Assembly (NCBI GenBank): GCA_963767665.1
Contig: CAVYFC010000008.1
Span: 943,326-1,007,325, forward strand
Direction: 5' to 3'
DNA: 64,000 nt
Origin: Pirellulaceae bacterium
Lineage (GTDB): Bacteria; Planctomycetota; Planctomycetia; Pirellulales; Pirellulaceae
Shown: positions 1 to 10,737 of the stretch, one piece after another
Position numbering within the stretch: the stretch's first letter is position 1
How the letters are laid out: each line of letters opens with the position of its first letter
Program-made: the position numbers and the translations under genes
The notes under the pieces: generated by a model
The model's database searches: none
Seen by the model: the letters and a program-made list of their open reading frames with translations, nothing else
What the model was told of the DNA's origin: nothing

Positions 1-133
1 AGGTATCCGCAGCCAAAAACCAGGGTTCGGCGCGGAATCGTCGCAGCTTTGGGAGGTTGGGAACCAGGTGGAAGCATTTTTCCCATCAGTTGATTCGAGG
101 TTACAATAAATTGACACAGGCTCCGACGTCTGC

Positions 134-1351
134 TTGACCCATCATCGTCCAGTGCCGCGAGGTAGTTTCTTGCTCCAACAACGCCGAGACCGTTCGCTGC
201 AGGGAAGCGAGTCCGAGGGACGCCAATATCCCGTTCGGAAGCTTCCCGAGCTAGCCGCCCTGTTTGCTGTGACGTTCCTCCTTCTCGGATCCGACCTCGC
301 GGCTCAAGAGCCGGTGACCAACCAATTGCTGGGACCGGAAACCATCTCGAAGGCACACGGAAAGTCTTTAGGTGGAAAGGTTCCAGGTGTCGAGGTACCA
401 GGAACGGTGGAGGGAACCGAGGTTCCCATCGCGACCAACTTGACAAGTCTGTTGTCCGAGGGTGGCGTTCCACAAACGATTGAACAGCTTCGAGCTTTGG
501 AAAGCCAGCAGCGGAAGGTGGCCGCCTCGGTCGTCGATTGCACGGTGAGCGTCAAGATTGGACCGGCCCAGGGTTGCGGCGTCATCATCACCGAGAGCGG
601 ATACGTGTTGACGGCAGCACATGTCGCGATGCGCCCTGGTCAAATCGCTGACATCATGTTGACCGATGGCCGAGTGGTGCGAGCGAAAACCCTTGGGATG
701 AATCGAAATGTCGATGCGGGATTGATCAAAATCCTGCCCGATCAGAATGGTGGTCGTCCCTGGACCCATGCGACTTTGGGATCGAGTGACAAGCTGGTGC
801 CGGGCATGTGGTGCATTGCCACTGGTCATCCCGGGGGCTACGACCGACAGCGCGGGCCGGTGACGCGAGTGGGGAGAATTCTGGCCGTCCGAGATTCGGC
901 CATCGTCACGGATTGTGCCTTGATCGGAGGTGACAGCGGAGGCCCCCTGTTCGATATCGCGGGTCAATTGATCGCCATCCATAGCCGGATCGGCAATGAT
1001 GTCGCCGATAATTTGCACGTGCCCATCGATCACTATGCTTCCTCTTGGGAACGGATGCAGCAAAGTGAGTCGTGGGGTTTCTTGCCAGGGTTTCGGCCAG
1101 TCCTTGGTGTGACCGGTAGCAATTCAGCGGCACAAGCCGTGATCGATTTGGTCGCGGCAGGCTCGCCCGCCGATTTAGCTGGCATGATACCGGGCGACGT
1201 GATTGAAGAATTCGGTGAAAAGGCGATCTCGGATTTCGCATCACTGAAGGCGGCGGTGTCCGACACGATGCCAGGCGAACGTGTCCGGGTGTTGATCAAT
1301 CGCGAGGGCCAAAGGCGCATCGTGAACGTTGAGATTGGCCGTGACGATTGA
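134..1351 (+). CDS. HtrA/S1C-family serine protease with C-terminal PDZ domain (true start probably ~GTG 233-region/signal peptide downstream of 134)
   Basis: Catalytic triad motifs LTAAHV, DAGL, GGDSGGP; C-terminal PDZ (VLGV...GSPADLAGMIPGDVI); hydrophobic signal-like stretch LAALFAVTFLLLG. Confidence 0.9.
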   Translation: MTHHRPVPRGSFLLQQRRDRSLQGSESEGRQYPVRKLPELAALFAVTFLLLGSDLAAQEPVTNQLLGPETISKAHGKSLGGKVPGVEVPGTVEGTEVPIATNLTSLLSEGGVPQTIEQLRALESQQRKVAASVVDCTVSVKIGPAQGCGVIITESGYVLTAAHVAMRPGQIADIMLTDGRVVRAKTLGMNRNVDAGLIKILPDQNGGRPWTHATLGSSDKLVPGMWCIATGHPGGYDRQRGPVTRVGRILAVRDSAIVTDCALIGGDSGGPLFDIAGQLIAIHSRIGNDVADNLHVPIDHYASSWERMQQSESWGFLPGFRPVLGVTGSNSAAQAVIDLVAAGSPADLAGMIPGDVIEEFGEKAISDFASLKAAVSDTMPGERVRVLINREGQRRIVNVEIGRDD

Positions 1352-1401
1352 CCTCCGATACGTCCCAGCATTTCTGTAACTCCACTTCAAGAAACGCAAG
1401 C

Positions 1402-2403
1402 ATGAATCGAACTGTCTCCGCTGTGCTTCTGGTGCTCGCGCTCACACTGCTTCGTTCTGATGGGATTGCCCGGGGCAATGATCATCGTGACAACGCTGAC
1501 ATGGTGAATCTGGTGCGACCGATTTCTGAAGCGGTAAGAGAATCGGTCGTACAGGTTCTGTGTGGAGGAAGACCGGTTTCCCTGGGGACGGTTGTCGCTG
1601 CCGATGGCTACGTCTTGACCAAGAGAAGTGAGCTATCAAGCGATCCCATTCGTGTTCGACTTTCCGACGGACGAATGTTTCCGGCGCGTGTCGCGGCGGT
1701 CCGTCGCCGAAACGATCTAGCCATGTTGCGGGTTGATACGGACGTCACGATGTCCCCCGTAGAGTTTTCGAGCTCCGCTCCTCTGATCGCCAGTTTCCTG
1801 GTCAGTCCTGGGCGGACGGGGCGTCCGATCGGAATTGGCGTCGTGGGAGTCAAAGAGCGTGCCGTCGGTCATCAAGGCCGCCTTGGCGTGATGCTCGAGG
1901 ATGATTCCAACGGTCGGGCCCTGGTGCAGTTGGTTTGGCCAGACAGTGGGGCGGAAGTAGCTGGCATGAAACCGGGTGATCGAATCATCGCCATCAATGG
2001 TCGCGAGGAAAAGAACCGCAACGGAGTGATCGAAAGATTACGTGGCATGTTCCCGGGCGAGAGTGTGCGATTGACGATTTTGCGCCCCAACGAGTTGAGC
2101 GAACTGGAGCCGCTCGAGATGGATGCCAGGATTCGTGACATGGGGGTGCTTCAGGAATCGGAAAGTGATTCCAAGGTCAACGGCCCTCGCAATACGCGAC
2201 TCAGCGGCTTCGATCGAGTGATTCAGCACGATACCGTTCTCGATCCTGACGAATGCGGCGGACCGGTTCTCGATAGCGGTGGCAAGGTTGTCGGTATCAA
2301 CATCGCGCGTGCCGGCCGTGTGGTCAGCTACGCGCTTCCTGCATCGCTCGTGTTGCCCGAGATGATCAGCATGCTCGAGGAAGCGCGTAACTCGTCGCGT
2401 TGA
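1402..2403 (+). CDS. HtrA-like protein with PDZ inserted in the protease fold; catalytic residues altered
   Basis: Signal peptide MNRTVSAVLLVLAL; GYVLTKRSE at His site, NDLAML Asp site, PDZ (GAEVAGMKPGDRIIAING), then IQHD..PDECGGP at Ser site. Confidence 0.85.
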   Translation: MNRTVSAVLLVLALTLLRSDGIARGNDHRDNADMVNLVRPISEAVRESVVQVLCGGRPVSLGTVVAADGYVLTKRSELSSDPIRVRLSDGRMFPARVAAVRRRNDLAMLRVDTDVTMSPVEFSSSAPLIASFLVSPGRTGRPIGIGVVGVKERAVGHQGRLGVMLEDDSNGRALVQLVWPDSGAEVAGMKPGDRIIAINGREEKNRNGVIERLRGMFPGESVRLTILRPNELSELEPLEMDARIRDMGVLQESESDSKVNGPRNTRLSGFDRVIQHDTVLDPDECGGPVLDSGGKVVGINIARAGRVVSYALPASLVLPEMISMLEEARNSSR

Positions 2404-2943
2404 TCAGACTGGCTGAGCCAAAAGCTTTTGAAGGATTGCGACATCCTTCCAGCTTCCTTCCATGTGACCAATTTCTTTTTGGATGCCGACCAATTCGTAG
2501 CCATGGCGATAGTGAAACGCCAGGCTGCGTTGATTGTCGGCGATGATTTTCGCGACCAGATGATGGATGTGATGATCGCAACAGTGCTGTTCCAAACGCA
2601 GCTGCAGCGAGTCGGCAATGCCTTTGCCAATCGAAGACGGCTCGAGATAGATCGCGGTCTCCATGGTCCATCGATAACCATGTCGCAGGCTGTACCAGCG
2701 GGCGGAGGCCCAACCGGCCAGGGAGCCATCTCTCTCTGCGACCAGCCAGGCCTCGGGGACGGAGCTGACCAGCAAGCCCCTCACTTGTTGTTCGCTCCAG
2801 TGCGCCGCGTCGAACGTTGAACCACCCAGATCGACATGGAGGTTGTAGATGCGGACGATGGCAGCAGCATCAGTGGGAGTGGCCAATCGCACGTTCGAGC
2901 CTTTGAGGCTTCGCGGCGAGTTGGGGTCATTGGGTGGAGACAT
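2404..2943 (-). CDS. GNAT N-acetyltransferase (phosphinothricin acetyltransferase/YncA-like)
   Basis: RLATPTDAAAIVRIYN, ETAIYL..GKGIA, NQRSLAFH..GY..VG..KEIG motifs. Confidence 0.85.
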   Translation of the reverse strand: MSPPNDPNSPRSLKGSNVRLATPTDAAAIVRIYNLHVDLGGSTFDAAHWSEQQVRGLLVSSVPEAWLVAERDGSLAGWASARWYSLRHGYRWTMETAIYLEPSSIGKGIADSLQLRLEQHCCDHHIHHLVAKIIADNQRSLAFHYRHGYELVGIQKEIGHMEGSWKDVAILQKLLAQPV

Positions 2944-3760
2944 GGGATTCACATCGGGTCCTTTCCCACAGCCAACCAATGGAATTGGCAATCAAGGGAA
3001 TGTGTTCGTCGGTCGCGACACAGCCGTGCTCCAAGCCTTCCATCACGACCACCTGAGATGGGCCTCGATAGGTCGTGATCAGGCGATTCTGATCTTCCGG
3101 TGGGACGAGGGAATCGAGTTCTGATTGCAAGAACACCGCTGGCAGGTTCACGCGTGCCGATGTCCTCATGGCGTTCATCGAATCGCACAGACTCTCGATC
3201 ACGGGATCAAGCAGATTGCCGAGCGGGTAGGCCTTGGCGACCCGCTTCACCACCGGGATCAGGGGTGGCGGGTTGCGGAGGATCAGCCCGGAGGAGGCGG
3301 CATCCGGTTCGACCGTTGCCGCCACGTGGAGAGCCGACACACATCCCAGACTATTGCCGCACAGCCAAGTCGTGACGTCAGGCCCACCTCTCCGCTTGGT
3401 CACCTGTTCCCAAAAAGCAAGGGCGGCGTCGGCAATCGTCCGCAATCCAGCCCGCCCCTCGCTGCGGCCGTATCCCGGTGGATTCCACGTCCATACCTCC
3501 ACCCGACGTGCCTTCATCAACGACATCGGAAATGCAGTCGAGCGCTCGGCGCGTCCAGCTGTCCCTGGGAATTTCAACACCAGTAACTCAGGAAACTGAT
3601 GCGACTGAAAATTCTGCTGTACGAAGCACTCCAGCTTCCGCCGACCAACATCTAGCAACTCTCGGCGCTGCGTGGGATGCTCGATCGGATGCCGACTGGG
3701 CCTAAGCACCATCCGATCCAGCAGGTACTCTCGCACGGGAAGGAGTGAACGGCCAATCAT
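2927..3760 (-). CDS. alpha/beta hydrolase family protein
   Basis: NPPGYGRSEG, nucleophile elbow GNSLG, D (DSLVP) and H (GLEHG). Confidence 0.8.
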   Translation of the reverse strand: MIGRSLLPVREYLLDRMVLRPSRHPIEHPTQRRELLDVGRRKLECFVQQNFQSHQFPELLVLKFPGTAGRAERSTAFPMSLMKARRVEVWTWNPPGYGRSEGRAGLRTIADAALAFWEQVTKRRGGPDVTTWLCGNSLGCVSALHVAATVEPDAASSGLILRNPPPLIPVVKRVAKAYPLGNLLDPVIESLCDSMNAMRTSARVNLPAVFLQSELDSLVPPEDQNRLITTYRGPSQVVVMEGLEHGCVATDEHIPLIANSIGWLWERTRCESHVSTQ

Positions 3761-3793
3761 CGCGGTCTCAAGGCATGGTGAGGGACAAGAAAA

Positions 3794-5833
3794 TCAATGA
3801 ACACGTTGGCCTGGCTGAGCACCCTCATCGACACCCAGCACGAACACTTCGGCGCCACCGGGACCCGCTGCGGTGACCATTCCCTCGCTCAGGCCGAATC
3901 GCATTTTTCGAGGCTTCAAATTGGCAACCATCACCACCAATCGCCCCACCAGCTTCTCAGGTTCGTAGGCGGCTTTGATCCCAGCGAAAACCTGTCGTGT
4001 TTCTTCCCCACCCAAGCTGAGCGTCAACTTCAACAACTTGTTAGCCTCGGGGACATGCTCGGCACGAATGACACGGGCCACTCGGAGGTCGACCTTCGCG
4101 AAGTCCTCGATGCCAATCTCTTCAGCAATTGGTTCGTCTAGGAGTGGTTGGTCGCTGTCGGTGAATTGTGAATCGCTCGCGTTCTCGGCGTCCAATTCCG
4201 CTTGACTCTTGCTCTCTTCAATCATCTTTTCTAACTCCTCGATTTGAATTCGATCCATCATTCGCTTGAACGGTGCCACGGGCGAACCCAATAGCGGTTT
4301 GCGACTCTGGTCCCAGGAAGTGATCTTGTCGCCTAGCAATTCGCCGCACTGTTGGGCCAATTCTGGCAACACAGGTGCGAGGTAGACAGTGAGTTGTCGA
4401 AACAGGTTCAACGCGACGGTACAAACATCACGAAGTTCCCTTTCACGAGCGGGATCCTTCTTCATTTCCCATGGCTTGGCGTGCTCCACGAATGGATTCG
4501 CGGCGTCCGCCAATTCCATGATCCGCCGAATCGCCCTGGCGTAGTCACAGGCTTCGTAAGCATCGGCAATCTCGTCGCCGGCGGCCGCTGCGGCTTCGAA
4601 GAGCCCCCCGTCGTCAGGATATTGCCCGGACAAGCCTGTGGTGTGGGCAAACTTACCAACGCGACTAGCGAGGTTGACCACCTTGCCGACCAGGTCGCTG
4701 TTGACCTTCTTGGTGAATTCGTCGAGGCCCAGATCCAAGTCCTCGACACGAGAAGTCAATTTCGTCGCGTAGAAGTACCTCAGGTAGGATGGGCTGGCGT
4801 ATTTCAGGTAGGTCTCGGCCGAAACAAAGGTCCCCTTGCTCTTGGACATCTTCTCGCCGTTGACGGTCAGGAATCCGTGGATGCGTACTTTCGTAGGCAG
4901 ACGAAAGCCGGCCGTCTTCAACATGCCTGGCCAAAACAGCGTGTGAAAGTACGTGATGTCCTTGCCAATGAAATGGTGGATTTCGCACGCGTCGTTCTTC
5001 CACCAGTCTTCAAGCTCTTCGCCATGCGCCTCACACCACTGCTGTGTGCTGGCGATGTAGCCGATGGGGGCATCGAACCAGACGTACCAATAGTTTCCTG
5101 GTGAATCAGGGATTTCAAATCCGAAGTAGGGGGCCGGGCGACTGATGTCCCAGTCACGAAGCTCTTCGCCAAGGAAGTGTCCTTTCAAATAGTTGGCAAC
5201 CTCACTCTGCAGAGCACCGCCGGATTCAACCCAGTCGGTCAGGAATTCTCGAAGTTTCTCCAGTTCCACGAACAGGTGGGTCGCCTCCCGCAAAACTGGC
5301 GTGGCACCGCTGAGGGTGCTCTTGGGATCGATCAGATCGGTGGGACTATACGTGTGGCCGCAGGTGCAATTGTCACCCGCCTGGTCTGGCCGACCACATT
5401 TCGGACAGGTACCGCGCACAAATCGATCGGCCAGGAATGTTTCGGCCTCGGGATCATAAAGCTGTTCAATGGCTCGCTCGGTGACCAGTCCCGCTTCACG
5501 AAGTGCCTTCCAGAAGACTCCACAAAGTCTCTGATTGGCGTCGCAGTGGGTGCTTCCGTAGTGATCGAATTGGATACCGAATCCAGCGAAGTCCCGTTGG
5601 TGAGCTTCGCTCATCGCAGCGATCAACTCCTCCTCGCTTCGCCCCTCCTTTCTCGCCCGGATCATGATCGCCGTGCCATGGGTGTCGTCTGCACAGATGT
5701 AGATGCAACGATGGCCGCGCAGTTTTTGAAAGCGAACCCAGATATCTGTCTGGATGTATTCCACCAAGTGCCCGATGTGGATGGGGCCGTTGGCGTAGGG
5801 CAGGGCACTGGTAACCAGGATTTGGCGTGTCAT
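3794..5833 (-). CDS. metG: methionine--tRNA ligase with C-terminal tRNA-binding domain
   Basis: [13 protein letters not shown] (HIGH), KMSKS, Zn-knuckle CPKC, C-terminal Trbp111-like domain; start MTRQILVT at 5833. Confidence 0.98.
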   Translation of the reverse strand: MTRQILVTSALPYANGPIHIGHLVEYIQTDIWVRFQKLRGHRCIYICADDTHGTAIMIRARKEGRSEEELIAAMSEAHQRDFAGFGIQFDHYGSTHCDANQRLCGVFWKALREAGLVTERAIEQLYDPEAETFLADRFVRGTCPKCGRPDQAGDNCTCGHTYSPTDLIDPKSTLSGATPVLREATHLFVELEKLREFLTDWVESGGALQSEVANYLKGHFLGEELRDWDISRPAPYFGFEIPDSPGNYWYVWFDAPIGYIASTQQWCEAHGEELEDWWKNDACEIHHFIGKDITYFHTLFWPGMLKTAGFRLPTKVRIHGFLTVNGEKMSKSKGTFVSAETYLKYASPSYLRYFYATKLTSRVEDLDLGLDEFTKKVNSDLVGKVVNLASRVGKFAHTTGLSGQYPDDGGLFEAAAAAGDEIADAYEACDYARAIRRIMELADAANPFVEHAKPWEMKKDPARERELRDVCTVALNLFRQLTVYLAPVLPELAQQCGELLGDKITSWDQSRKPLLGSPVAPFKRMMDRIQIEELEKMIEESKSQAELDAENASDSQFTDSDQPLLDEPIAEEIGIEDFAKVDLRVARVIRAEHVPEANKLLKLTLSLGGEETRQVFAGIKAAYEPEKLVGRLVVMVANLKPRKMRFGLSEGMVTAAGPGGAEVFVLGVDEGAQPGQRVH

Positions 5834-6355
5834 CGCGATCTTCTGCGGCGTTCGTTCAATGTCAGGAAATGGGATGCCCGGCCAAAAGCGGCGGAGCCAG
5901 CCTTTCGCAGGAGCCGCCTTGTCGATGGCGGAATCGTCAGAAACGCCCAAGCCCAACTCAATCTGCGGGAGGGATGGAGTGAGAGCCGGGCGGCGGGTTC
6001 CGGTCGATTCGGGCCCGGATTGTAATCATGCCCAGGAGTGGCGACGACCGGAAGAGGAGCCGCCGCTGAACGCATTGATTTACCAGGGGAGCCTGCCCCA
6101 CCCCTAGGCCTGCCCCACTCCCAGGCCTGACAGGGGATTTCCTCGGAAAAGAGAGTGTGAAACTAGAAAAAGATTCAAGTTCGGTGGCCATCGCCACGTT
6201 TGCCCTTGTCATCCATCCAACGATTGCCGCACTATCCGCCGAGCATGATGCCTGCGTTTCGGTGGGCATCATTGGCATCGAGGGATTCGCTCAGGCAGGA
6301 TGCTGAATCGACTTCCTTTCGCCACACGTGACACCCGGTCCATGGAGGGACAAGA

Positions 6356-7834
6356 GTGACAAGGATGATGTTCGCGGTGACCGCCGCATGGATGATGGTT
6401 ACCGCAGTCCTCGCACAAACCGCTACGGCGACCGATGCGATCCTGCTCGAGTTCAGCTCGGCCCACTGTGCCCCTTGTCAAGCGATGCAGCCGGTCCTGG
6501 CTCGGATCGAACAGGCGGGAACCCCAATCCGACACGTCGATGTTCTTTCGGAACCCCATCTTGCCGCACGCTATGGGATTCGCAAGACACCCACCTTTGT
6601 CGTCGTGTCCGGCGGCAAAGAGGTCACTCGATTGGTAGGGACGCATAGCTTCGAAGAGCTCCGAGCCGCGCTGGCAATTGATCCCTCCGGTCCACTCATT
6701 CCAACCGGAGCCAAGTCCGCAACGGCTGACCGAGTCGAACCATCCCTTGCCGCGCCGCAAACCCGCTTGGCACCAATTGGTGGTGCTGGTTTCGGTGGCA
6801 TGGCACCGACGGCGGTCGCACCGACGGCGGTCGGGGGTGAGCAGACCCTGGTTGCCATGACGCCTGCTGCAACACGAAGTGAGGCGATGCCGAGTGCCTC
6901 ACTGGCCGACGCCGTCGAACGGGCACGCGCTGCAACGGTTCGATTAAGGGTTCACGACGGTCATGGTTATGGCGCCGGTACCGGCACCATCATCGATACT
7001 CACGGCGAAGAAGCCTTGGTGCTGACCTGCGGACACCTCTTTCGTGAGACCCAAGGCAAAGGAAAGATCGAAGTGGACCTGTACGTCGGCGGGGAAGTTC
7101 GCACCGTGCTAGGTCAGATCGTCGACTACGACGCAGACACGCGGGACATCGCCCTCGTGGCCATTCGCCCCGGGTTCCCCGTTCAGCCAGTGCAACTGGT
7201 AAGTGCAAAACAGCAAGTACGAAATGGCCAAACCGCATTCAGCTTTGGCTGTGATCGCGGTGACGATCCCTCACGCCGTGATACACGCATCACCGGCGTC
7301 AACAAGTACAATCAGCACCTCGGCGTTTCGAACTTGGAAATTGCTGGTGCTCCGATCGATGGCCGTAGCGGTGGCGGTCTGTTCGATGAGACAGGACGAC
7401 TGATCGGTGTCTGCAATGCAGCCGACTACAAGGAAGACGTTGGAATCTACGCGGGACCTGGTTCCGTTCACTGGCAACTCGATCGCGTCGGTCTTTCCAA
7501 GCTTTATCAAGGCGGGGGATCGGATAGTCAGCAGCCGCCAGCTGAGCGTATCGCAAGCCTGCCCGGTGCCGCGTTAGCCGGTGCCGCGGTTTCGGACACT
7601 CCGTCATCGCTGCCCCAGGCTGCGCTGCAGCCTTCGGCACTCGATTCAACCTCGATGAATCCCGCAGAAGTTGGCCTCCCAGCCAGCCTCGGCGCCGCGA
7701 CCGCTTCCCCGTCGGCGGGTATTCGCGAGGTCATCGTGATCGTTCGAGATCAGGGTGCGACCTCCCAGGTCATGACCCTCGACAAGCCATCAGAGGAACT
7801 CATGCAACTGATTCGACAGCAGGCCCGTCACTAA
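6356..7834 (+). CDS. secreted thioredoxin-domain / trypsin-like serine protease fusion
   Basis: Signal peptide; EFSSAHCAPC...TPTF thioredoxin fold; LTCGH, DIAL, GRSGGG trypsin motifs. Confidence 0.85.
   Translation: MTRMMFAVTAAWMMVTAVLAQTATATDAILLEFSSAHCAPCQAMQPVLARIEQAGTPIRHVDVLSEPHLAARYGIRKTPTFVVVSGGKEVTRLVGTHSFEELRAALAIDPSGPLIPTGAKSATADRVEPSLAAPQTRLAPIGGAGFGGMAPTAVAPTAVGGEQTLVAMTPAATRSEAMPSASLADAVERARAATVRLRVHDGHGYGAGTGTIIDTHGEEALVLTCGHLFRETQGKGKIEVDLYVGGEVRTVLGQIVDYDADTRDIALVAIRPGFPVQPVQLVSAKQQVRNGQTAFSFGCDRGDDPSRRDTRITGVNKYNQHLGVSNLEIAGAPIDGRSGGGLFDETGRLIGVCNAADYKEDVGIYAGPGSVHWQLDRVGLSKLYQGGGSDSQQPPAERIASLPGAALAGAAVSDTPSSLPQAALQPSALDSTSMNPAEVGLPASLGAATASPSAGIREVIVIVRDQGATSQVMTLDKPSEELMQLIRQQARH
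6803..6832. repeat. exact 15-bp in-frame tandem duplication (GCACCGACGGCGGTC x2; APTAV APTAV)
   Basis: Read directly from the sequence; lies in the linker between thioredoxin and protease domains. Confidence 0.9.
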
Positions 7835-7911
7835 GATCAGGTATGGCATCACGCCTGCCAGTATTCTTTGCGTTCTCCAGCAACGGACGACTCCAAAGCC
7901 CGCTGCTCGAA

Positions 7912-10070
7912 TCACGGTTCGTCCGCAGCGTCCTTTGGATCGCTCGGCGATTGAGGAAAGGTGAACTCGCTGACCACTTCTCCCGTGACCTTCCGGTGCC
8001 GCAGGGTCAGCTTGGGTGTCGTGCCCGTCGCCCCTTCGTACGTCAGGTCACCCGAGAGGAATCCGCCGGCAACTCTCAGAAAACGATGGGTGGGACGCTC
8101 GTCTCCCTTCTTCCAGCCCAGCTGGTGCTCTTCGCTCCCCGGACCACAACCGAACTCCCAGAGCCCGGTTTCGGCATCGACTGATGCGTATTGCCAATGT
8201 CGGTCACCGCAGAATGCGATCACGCCGTCACGCTTCGAAAGCTCGTCTCGAAGCAATTGACCTTCATAAGCAAAGTTTTCATTAGCGTGATTGTCATGCT
8301 TGTTCTCGCGATCGGGGCCCACGATGGGCGTCGGACTGAGGATCAATTTGAAGGCCGCGTCGGATTGATCCAGGGTGTCGAGTAACCATTCCCGTTGCTG
8401 CCTTCCCAAAATGGTTTTGTCCGGTCCGTCGGGCATGTTATTCGGGCTGCGAAAGTCTCGCCCCTCCAATAGCCAGATCTGCAGATCCTTTCCCCAATGG
8501 ACCGTCTTGTAGCGTGGAGAGTGGGATGGAAACTGCTCCTCATTGAACAGTCGGACTCCCTCGTCGAATGTGACCGCTCCGTAGCGTTGTCCCTGCCAGC
8601 AGTCGTTCTTCAAGGTGTCGTGGTCATCCTTGATGAAGTAAGACGTAGTGTTCAGGTAGAAATCTCGGTTACTTGGTAGTGAGAAGATTCGAGCCCATTT
8701 GAATCGCATCAACTCAATCGTCCAGGCCCACGGATCTGGCTGGTCGTAGTATTCGATGTCGCCGGCATGCACCACGAAGTCGGGCGCGAGTTCACTCATG
8801 CTGCGATAGATCTTATGCCCGGCCAGACCATCGTCGCGGCGAATGAAGTCATGGCAAGTCGTGATGCAGAAGCCGATCGGCTCCGTCTGGTTTGCAGCGG
8901 GCGCCGTACGGAACTTTCCTCGCACGACCGCCGATACTTCACTCCCACCGCTCGGCCTGGCTTCCACCACGATGGCGTAAGCTCGCCCCGGCCGCAGATC
9001 CTCCAAATGCCACTGCGCCGTGAAATCGTGATCGGCGGAGGTCGCGGTCCATGGCGTGGTCTTGATCGCCTTGAGTTGCCCCTCCGGAAAATAGCTCAAT
9101 CGCACCTCTCCCGGGGCGCCCGGGCAAGCCCCGAACATTGCATCCAGGGAGGCTCCCTCGGGAATTTGGCTTGCTAACAACGCGGCTGCATCGCGCACGT
9201 CAGCGTAATGGCGATCATCCGCCTTGGAGAACTGTAGGAATGTCGGACCATCCACGATCATTTCGGGATAGCGAGTCGTGCGTGTCCAAAGCACGATCGA
9301 GGTCTGATCAGCCCAACCGTTGCGGACGGCGTTGCCAAGAAACGGACCGTCAAGACTCGGTGTGGTTGCCTCGGGAGCTTCACAGGCAACGAATTGAAAA
9401 TCCTTGTAGACAATCGTCCCTCCATGGTCGGTCAACATCACTCGGTTGTCGTCGGCCGCCTGGCCAAAATTCTCGAGTCCCCAAAACTTGCTTTTCGCGA
9501 TCATCGCCTCCCACGCTGGGCCCGAAGCCGTGGCGACAGCGATCGGCTGGCCGTTCAAGTGGTGCTCCAGACGATCGCCACGAACGACGATTCGTGCATG
9601 ATTCCATTGGCCAGTCGGCTGCAGCGGCTTGTCCTCCGACGGTGGCGCCAAGTCGTAGAGGGATCCCGTGCTGGACTTGCCGCTCGAAGAGGCCGGCTCA
9701 TCGATCAGTTGGTACTCCAAGCCGAGCCACCGCGATCCGAATTTTTGGACCCGGTACTTCACGCCGGAGTTCGTTCCACGATCCAGCTTCCAATCCCAAG
9801 AGAGCTCGAAGTTGGCTGGCAACGGGCCGCTCAGGAGACTTCCCATGGCGCCTCGCGGTGCGCGAGGCAGATCAAGCCGTCACGAAAATCCCAGCTCAAT
9901 TCGGCAGGTTGCCCGTCCAGGGTCTCCCAAAAGCTGGGTTTGGACCAATCCGTTTCGGGCTCGGCATCGAGCCGAACCACGACAGTGCTCTGTGCCGACA
10001 GGTTGCTCATGCTAGGAGCACCCCAGAGACCGCAAACACTCAACACGCACAGGAGAGTCGCCCGTCCCAT
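7912..10070 (-). CDS. DUF1080-domain + alkaline phosphatase D (PhoD-like) protein; one frameshift near 9846
   Basis: Signal peptide in 9831..10229 frame (MGRATLLCVL); DUF1080 motifs NSGVKY, EYQLID, GSLYDL, GQWN; PhoD motifs VLWTR, HAGDIEYYD, DDHD, GDRH. Confidence 0.85.
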
Positions 10071-10388
10071 CACAGCCCTTTCGGAAGATCGCGAATGCGC
10101 GTCAAAGATCGGACGCGCCGATGGGCTAAAGCTTAATAGCCAGGCGCGAGCCAGAGTAGTCAGCGCATGCGGCCAATCAACCGAACTGGACAAGGCGTCT
10201 GGCAGCAGGCCTCGGATTCTCATTGGCAAGCTTCTTGCGCTCGGCCAAATGCTGTCCCATTTTACGAGAGTTCGCAGACGAAAACCGAAAACGCGCCAAG
10301 GCCAACCGCCTAAGTAGTGCGCAGAGGTTCCCGCTCAATAGGCATCAGGCGTGGTGGAACGGCGGAATGGGCTACTCGCGACCTCCCA

Positions 10389-10586
10389 TTATCGACCGCC
10401 GGATCGACGACGCGAATTGGGAGTGACATAGGCCTCGAGACGATCCTCGAGCAGGCGCAACTCATCCCGCAGCCAATCGCCGAAGGCCTCGGTCGATTCG
10501 CGGGAAAGCGTAGCCGTAAGTTCAAACCAGTGCTCACCACTAGGTTTGGGCGTTGTCGGGGTTCGATGATCGCTTGAGGTGGTCAT
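10389..10586 (-). CDS. small hypothetical protein (65 aa)
   Basis: ATG preceded by GGAG; amphipathic helix FGDWLRDELRLLEDRLEAY; sigma-54-like promoter upstream. Confidence 0.55.
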   Translation of the reverse strand: MTTSSDHRTPTTPKPSGEHWFELTATLSRESTEAFGDWLRDELRLLEDRLEAYVTPNSRRRSGGR

Positions 10587-10720
10587 CGGAGTGATCTCCG
10601 TTAATTAGCAATCCTTCGCGAAATGGATGTAACAAACCAAGCCCGTGCTAACGATCGGCTCTAGTTCGTTCGTTGGCTGCTCTTAGTTATTGAGAGCAAC
10701 CATCACGACTCAAGGTTCAT

Positions 10721-10737
10721 TGCAAGCAACGTGCCGA
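10721..10737 (-). promoter_or_regulatory. sigma-54 (-24/-12) promoter candidate
   Basis: Minus strand TCGGCACG-TTGC-TTGCA matches YTGGCACG-N4-TTGCW with exact GG-N10-GC spacing, ~135 nt upstream of ORF 10586. Confidence 0.65.

Noticed and set aside
4352-6025. Long plus-strand ORFs opposite metG (similar shadows at 9138-10317, 22318-23220, 28080-29009, 49619-50617)
   Set aside because: Antisense shadows of well-supported genes in GC-rich DNA, with no recognisable motifs.
10223-10239. Plus-strand sigma-54-like motif TTGGCAAG-CTTC-TTGCG
   Set aside because: Correct spacing, but it points antisense into the small ORF with no credible gene downstream.
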